From contig NC_068995.1 of assembly GCF_001194135.2 (NCBI RefSeq), forward strand, positions 8,718,957 to 8,775,457: a stretch of DNA of 56,501 bases, given 5' to 3'. Below are positions 52,085-56,501 of the stretch, piece after piece. Origin of the DNA: Octopus bimaculoides. Lineage: Eukaryota. The position numbers and the translations under genes are program-made. The notes beneath the pieces are model-generated. The model was not told the origin of the DNA, made no database searches, and saw only the letters and a list, made by a program, of their open reading frames with translations. Within the stretch, counting starts at the first letter, position 1. Each line of letters starts with the position of its first letter.

Positions 52085-52265
52085 GATGAAACAATATGTG
52101 ATCACTGTAGCTGACTACATGAAACTGTGGACACTTAGCTTTGTACTTATCTGTTTTTCTAATTAAAACCCTATCTATATATCTTCTGGAAGACCCGTCA
52201 CTATTTGACCACGTCCACTGTGGAGTGTTCGGATGTTTCAACCTATATTGAAAGTCATTAGCAGA
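52085..52265 (-). mobile_element. Tx1/L1-type ORF2 APE endonuclease C-terminal fragment
   Basis: HPNTPQWTWSNSDGSSRRYIDRVLIR...VSYSDH contains the TW, (S)RID-like and SDH motifs of LINE APE domains. Confidence 0.8.
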
Positions 52266-52485
52266 TCCCGAAAGCCAGGGTTACATTTTCTATTCATGTT
52301 CGAGCTAACACAATCTGTGCGTGCGTCACAAATTGTGTTAAAGCTTCCTATTATTACTTAGCGAATGCGACGTGGCCAGGGACTTGCCCAGGTCAAGAAA
52401 ATATTCACTGTCTGTTTGCGTTATCAGCGTTTGAAAAGATGCTGATAAATTATACATTGCAGCAACTAGATTTGAATGGCGTACG

Positions 52486-52543
52486 GTGATGGCTGCTTAT
52501 TACTGACGAGGTCTAACCGACCGAAATCACGTGGCATAGAAAT
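52486..52543 (+). ncRNA. Degenerate hammerhead-like motif
   Basis: CTGACGA-GGTC(TAACC)GACC-GAAA at 52503-52526 has a perfect core and stem II. The cleavage-site side is defective in both the type I and type III readings. Confidence 0.4.
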
Positions 52544-53122
52544 CTCGGTGCGCCCGACAGACGGATTTGGTCTGCAACGATCTATTTGTGTGCTTTTATA
52601 CAACAAACGATAAAATAGGAAGATCTCTCATGGCTAATACCGCAGTTTTCTCTCTTCTATCATGACATTCATGTTAAGCTGGATATACCTCTTGGTATTA
52701 ATATTGATTTCGTCACTATTAATTAATATGTGTGTGTGTGTGTGTGTGTGTAATGAAAAGAAAAGGGATGGAAGTGACTTCATAAATAGATATGTAGATA
52801 TAGATATAAGAATAGATACATATATACTTACATATATATATATGCACATATAAATACATATNNNNNNNNNNNNNNNNNNNNNNNNNNNNNNNNNNNNNNN
52901 NNNNNNNNNNNNNNNNNNNNNNNNNNNNNNNNNNNNNNNNNNNNNNNNNNNNNNNNNNNNNNNNNNNNNNNNNNNNNNNNNNNNNNNNNNNNNNNNNNNN
53001 NNNNNNNNNNNNNNNNNNNNNNNNNNNNNNNNNNNNNNNNNNNNNNNNNNNNNNNNNNNNNNNNNNNNNNNNNNNNNNNNNNNNNNNNNNNNNNNNNNNN
53101 NNNNNNNNNNNNNNNNNNNNNN

Positions 53123-53250
53123 AGTATGACGCTCGGGAATACGGAAAGTCTTTGACGTTTCGAGCTACGCTCTTCAACAGAAAGAATACGGAGACAAGGA
53201 GAAAAACACGGAGAAAAAAAATTGAATAGTGTTCAGTCAACGGTCAATCA
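53123..53250 (-). mobile_element. Second copy of the hammerhead-bearing Penelope-like remnant
   Basis: Identical by eye to 5725-5795 plus 5943-5998. Starts at the edge of an N gap. Confidence 0.6.
53149..53185 (-). ncRNA. Minimal type I hammerhead fold, identical to 5751-5787
   Basis: Same 37-nt sequence and the same pairings. Confidence 0.6.
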
Positions 53251-53401
53251 TAATGAAGCAGCTCGAGGAATATATACAAAATAGAATACACATATACTAG
53301 GTATACGTTTTGTTGGACCGTGGGCAGGCTGAGCTTATAGCGTAAGAAAATATACTCTCATCAATTCGCCTGGTGTTAAAACACCTGGAAGNNNNNNNNN
53401 N

Positions 53402-53438
<37 letters not shown>

Positions 53439-54132
53439 CATGTGTGGGTGTGTATGTGTGTGATAATCACCACAATGTGTACAATCGTTATACAACAAGA
53501 CAAAAACAAATGCGCAAACAGATAACGAAAAAAGAAAAGAAAAGAAAACAAAAAAACTGAAATTATTTCCAGACGCTAATTAACGTTACAATGTTTCATT
53601 GTACACATCGATGAAGAGAAGAATAAGAACACGAACCACGTGTCTACACTTGTTACCAAAAGGTCATACTTATTGTATTTCTTACATAATATCACACAAT
53701 AAAAGCAGAATATCGAATAAAAAATTCAATATGTCACCGAGCACTTTGAAAATGGTATTTATTTTTTTGTTATTGCCTACGAAATTTTGGCGATAACCTA
53801 AAGTTATTAAAAATAGTGGAGCAACGCTACATAACATACGCCGTGTACAGACATGAATATTAGATGCAGAAATATTAATTAATATCACCAACAGTTTTAA
53901 TTAATCATTTATTTGGATGCATGTTTTTTTTTTAATATTATAGATAGTTGTCTCTAATATATTGGACTGCTTACATGTATACCTCGGTGTATATAGAGTT
54001 ATACTGTGACATATTTTTTGTGTCAGCCTTTTTATATTTTCTTGTAATGTAGAGTATTGTCACAAGAAATTAATTTTTATTTACGGAACAAAACGATTAT
54101 ACTTTTTTTTCTTTTTTATCTTATCAGATTTT

Positions 54133-54240
54133 TCAGTCGTGAGACTGCGGCCATGCTGGGGCACTGACTCGAAATGTTCAGTCGACGAAATCTGCTCCAG
54201 TTCTTGATTTTTAAGAGTCTCGTATTTATTTTATCGAACT
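54133..54240 (-). mobile_element. SINE family B 3' fragment
   Basis: tttcagtcgtgagactgcggccatgctggggcac. Confidence 0.55.
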
Positions 54241-54510
54241 ATCTCACTTTCAATTTCTCTCCCTCCTTTCTCTCTCTCTCCCTCTCTCTTCCTCCCTCTC
54301 TCTCTCTCTCTCTCTCNNNNNNNNNNNNNNNNNNNNNNNNNNNNNNNNNNNNNNNNNNNNNNNNNNNNNNNNNNNNNNNNNNNNNNNNNNNNNNNNNNNN
54401 NNNNNNNNNNNNNNNNNNNNNNNNNNNNNNNNNNNNNNNNNNNNNNNNNNNNNNNNNNNNNNNNNNNNNNNNNNNNNNNNNNNNNNNNNNNNNNNNNNNN
54501 NNNNNNNNNN

Positions 54511-54542
<32 letters not shown>

Positions 54543-55239
54543 AGTTTGAAAACGCCACTATATAAAATAAATTTTTATTTATAATTTTCTCAAAGATATT
54601 TTACATGTTTCAGTTCTTGAAAAAACGAACCTTATCAGAAATACATATTTTTAAAAACATGTAATTAACAGAAAAGTTCATAATTGTAATTAAAAGAAAA
54701 GTTCATAATTATTTCTTACTGGTGTCAACATAGTCCACGTGGGAGCGATTTTTGTGTGGGGACATAATGGCTGTCTAATGCGTTGACTTGAATCGTTGAC
54801 TTGAATAGTAGTAGTAGTGACCGTGTTGGTAATGGTAAACGGGATGCTTATATAGTTATAATAATTCCCTTATTCTCACGTGCTGTCTCGTCTTTATTCT
54901 TAGGGCTTTGTTCTTACGATCGAATGGCAATACCGTCGCTGGTCCGATTCGCGGGCCAGGCCAGATGTTGTTTCTTTGAACAATTTGCTTCAATTTACTC
55001 ACATAAAATTTGTACCCTAATACTGTTGATCCCACCCTCCCTCGGTACGGCTGATACATCCTTGCTTAAGAATACTGGGTCAAGAATTCGTGCCTACGTC
55101 TGTTCACGACTTCACAGGCGCCCAAAACAAAATAATGAAATCATGTGACATGTTTTCATGATAAATTCGTTCTCGTCCTGTTTTAATAACAGCATAAGAA
55201 TCCATAACGATACAAAAAAAATAATAAACCAAAGACGTT

Positions 55240-56400
55240 TATAGCTACTTCAACAACAACAACAGCAACATCAGCATCAACCACAAGAAAAGCAGCAACT
55301 ATAATGACGACGCAACCGAAAGAACTGTGTGTAATCTGTAGGAAATTTCTTGAAAAAAAAACAGGTCTGTGGTGAAAATATAGGTGTTGTTGTTGTTTTG
55401 TTTTTGCTGGTAGTGGCTGAGGCGGTGCTGGTGGTGGTGGTGGTGGTGAAGATTTGATGGGCATAATGTTGGAAGCTTTGATCATGGTTGTGGTGCCTAT
55501 TGGTGGTGGTGGTGGTGGTGGTTGTGATAGTGGTGGTGGCGCTGGTAGTGGTGGTGCTAGTGGCGGTGTTCTTGTTGCTGTTGATGGTGATTGTGGTACC
55601 GTTGGTGACATTGGCTTTGGTGTTTGTGGCGGAGGTTGTACTAGTGNNNNNNNNNNNNNNNNNNNNNNNNNNNNNNNNNNNNNNNNNNNNNNNNNNNNNN
55701 NNNNNNNNNNNNNNNNNNNNNNNNNNNNNNNNNNNNNNNNNNNNNNNNNNNNNNNNNNNNNNNNNNNNNNNNNNNNNNNNNNNNNNNNNNNNNNNNNNNN
55801 NNNNNNNNNNNNNNNNNNNNNNNNNNNNNNNNNNNNNNNNNNNNNNNNNNNNNNNNNNNNNNNNNNNNNNNNNNNNNNNNNNNNNNNNNNNNNNNNNNNN
55901 NNNNNNNNNNNNNNNNNNNNNNNNNNNNNNNNNNNNNNNNNNNNNNNNNNNNNNNNNNNNNNNNNNNNNNNNNNNNNNNNNNNNNNNNNNNNNNNNNNNN
56001 NNNNNNNNNNNNNNNNNNNNNNNNNNNNNNNNNNNNNNNNNNNNNNNNNNNNNNNNNNNNNNNNNNNNNNNNNNNNNNNNNNNNNNNNNNNNNNNNNNNN
56101 NNGCAGTATCGGTGGTGATATAACAGTGGCAGTGGTTATGACGGTGGCTGTAGTGATGGTGATGGTATTGCTGATGCTGTTGGCGGTGGGGAACATGGGT
56201 GCTGTGACGGTGGGGGGAGCGGAGGTGCATGAGGCGGTGGTAGTAATGATGGTAATGTTGTGGGTTCTCTTAATGTTGTTGTTGTTGTTGTTATTGTTGT
56301 TCGGGGTGATGATGTTGGTGGTGGTAGTGCTATTGCCGCTGTTAGTGTCGGTGGTGGTCACCGTGGGTGGCACCGTCAGTGTTTGCGTTGGCAGCGGTGG
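55240..56400. repeat. Degenerate (GGT/GTT/GAT)n trinucleotide array with an internal gap
   Basis: Same G-rich plus-strand polarity as the 29.7-31.9 kb array. Confidence 0.9.
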
Positions 56401-56461
56401 AGAAGATGAGGGCGGGAGGATAATGCAAGTGTGTGGTTTCGTACCCTGAACATGTGTGCCT

Positions 56462-56501
<40 letters not shown>

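Noticed and set aside
55183-56449. Mucin-like Thr/Pro ORF and Gly/Val ORFs
   Set aside because: Open in several frames on both strands because it is a degenerate triplet array. No signal peptide, splice structure or domain is evident.

Overview
This window is AT-rich, microsatellite-dense eukaryotic DNA with many N gaps. The repeat content (tRNA-derived SINEs, RTE, R4/Dong, CR1/L2-type and Tx1/L1 LINE debris, MITEs) looks like an octopus or other cephalopod draft assembly; that assignment is from recall, not a search. Nearly all ORFs in the track are microsatellite or gap artefacts. One convincing host coding exon was found, at 28599->27961 on the minus strand. It encodes a type II membrane protein N-terminus: a TM helix, an Asn/Asp linker, an RRKR furin site and a YVWLTSYSRIP motif, followed by a phase-0 GTAAGT donor. 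I recall this motif from colmedin/gliomedin-like transmembrane collagens. No collagen exon is visible downstream, so 1-27960 is probably one large intron. The most interesting non-coding signal is a set of minimal type I hammerhead-ribozyme folds in short ORF-less Penelope-like remnants: 5751-5787, 53149-53185, a truncated copy near 23838, an unrelated copy at 35787-35832 and a degenerate one near 52500. Other points of interest are a GC-rich hairpin fused to a truncated LINE, two long hairpins beside two candidate micro-exons at 47.6-48.3 kb, an internally inverted RTE, an ORF1-only Tx1 copy, and a hAT MITE with an intact 8-bp TSD.
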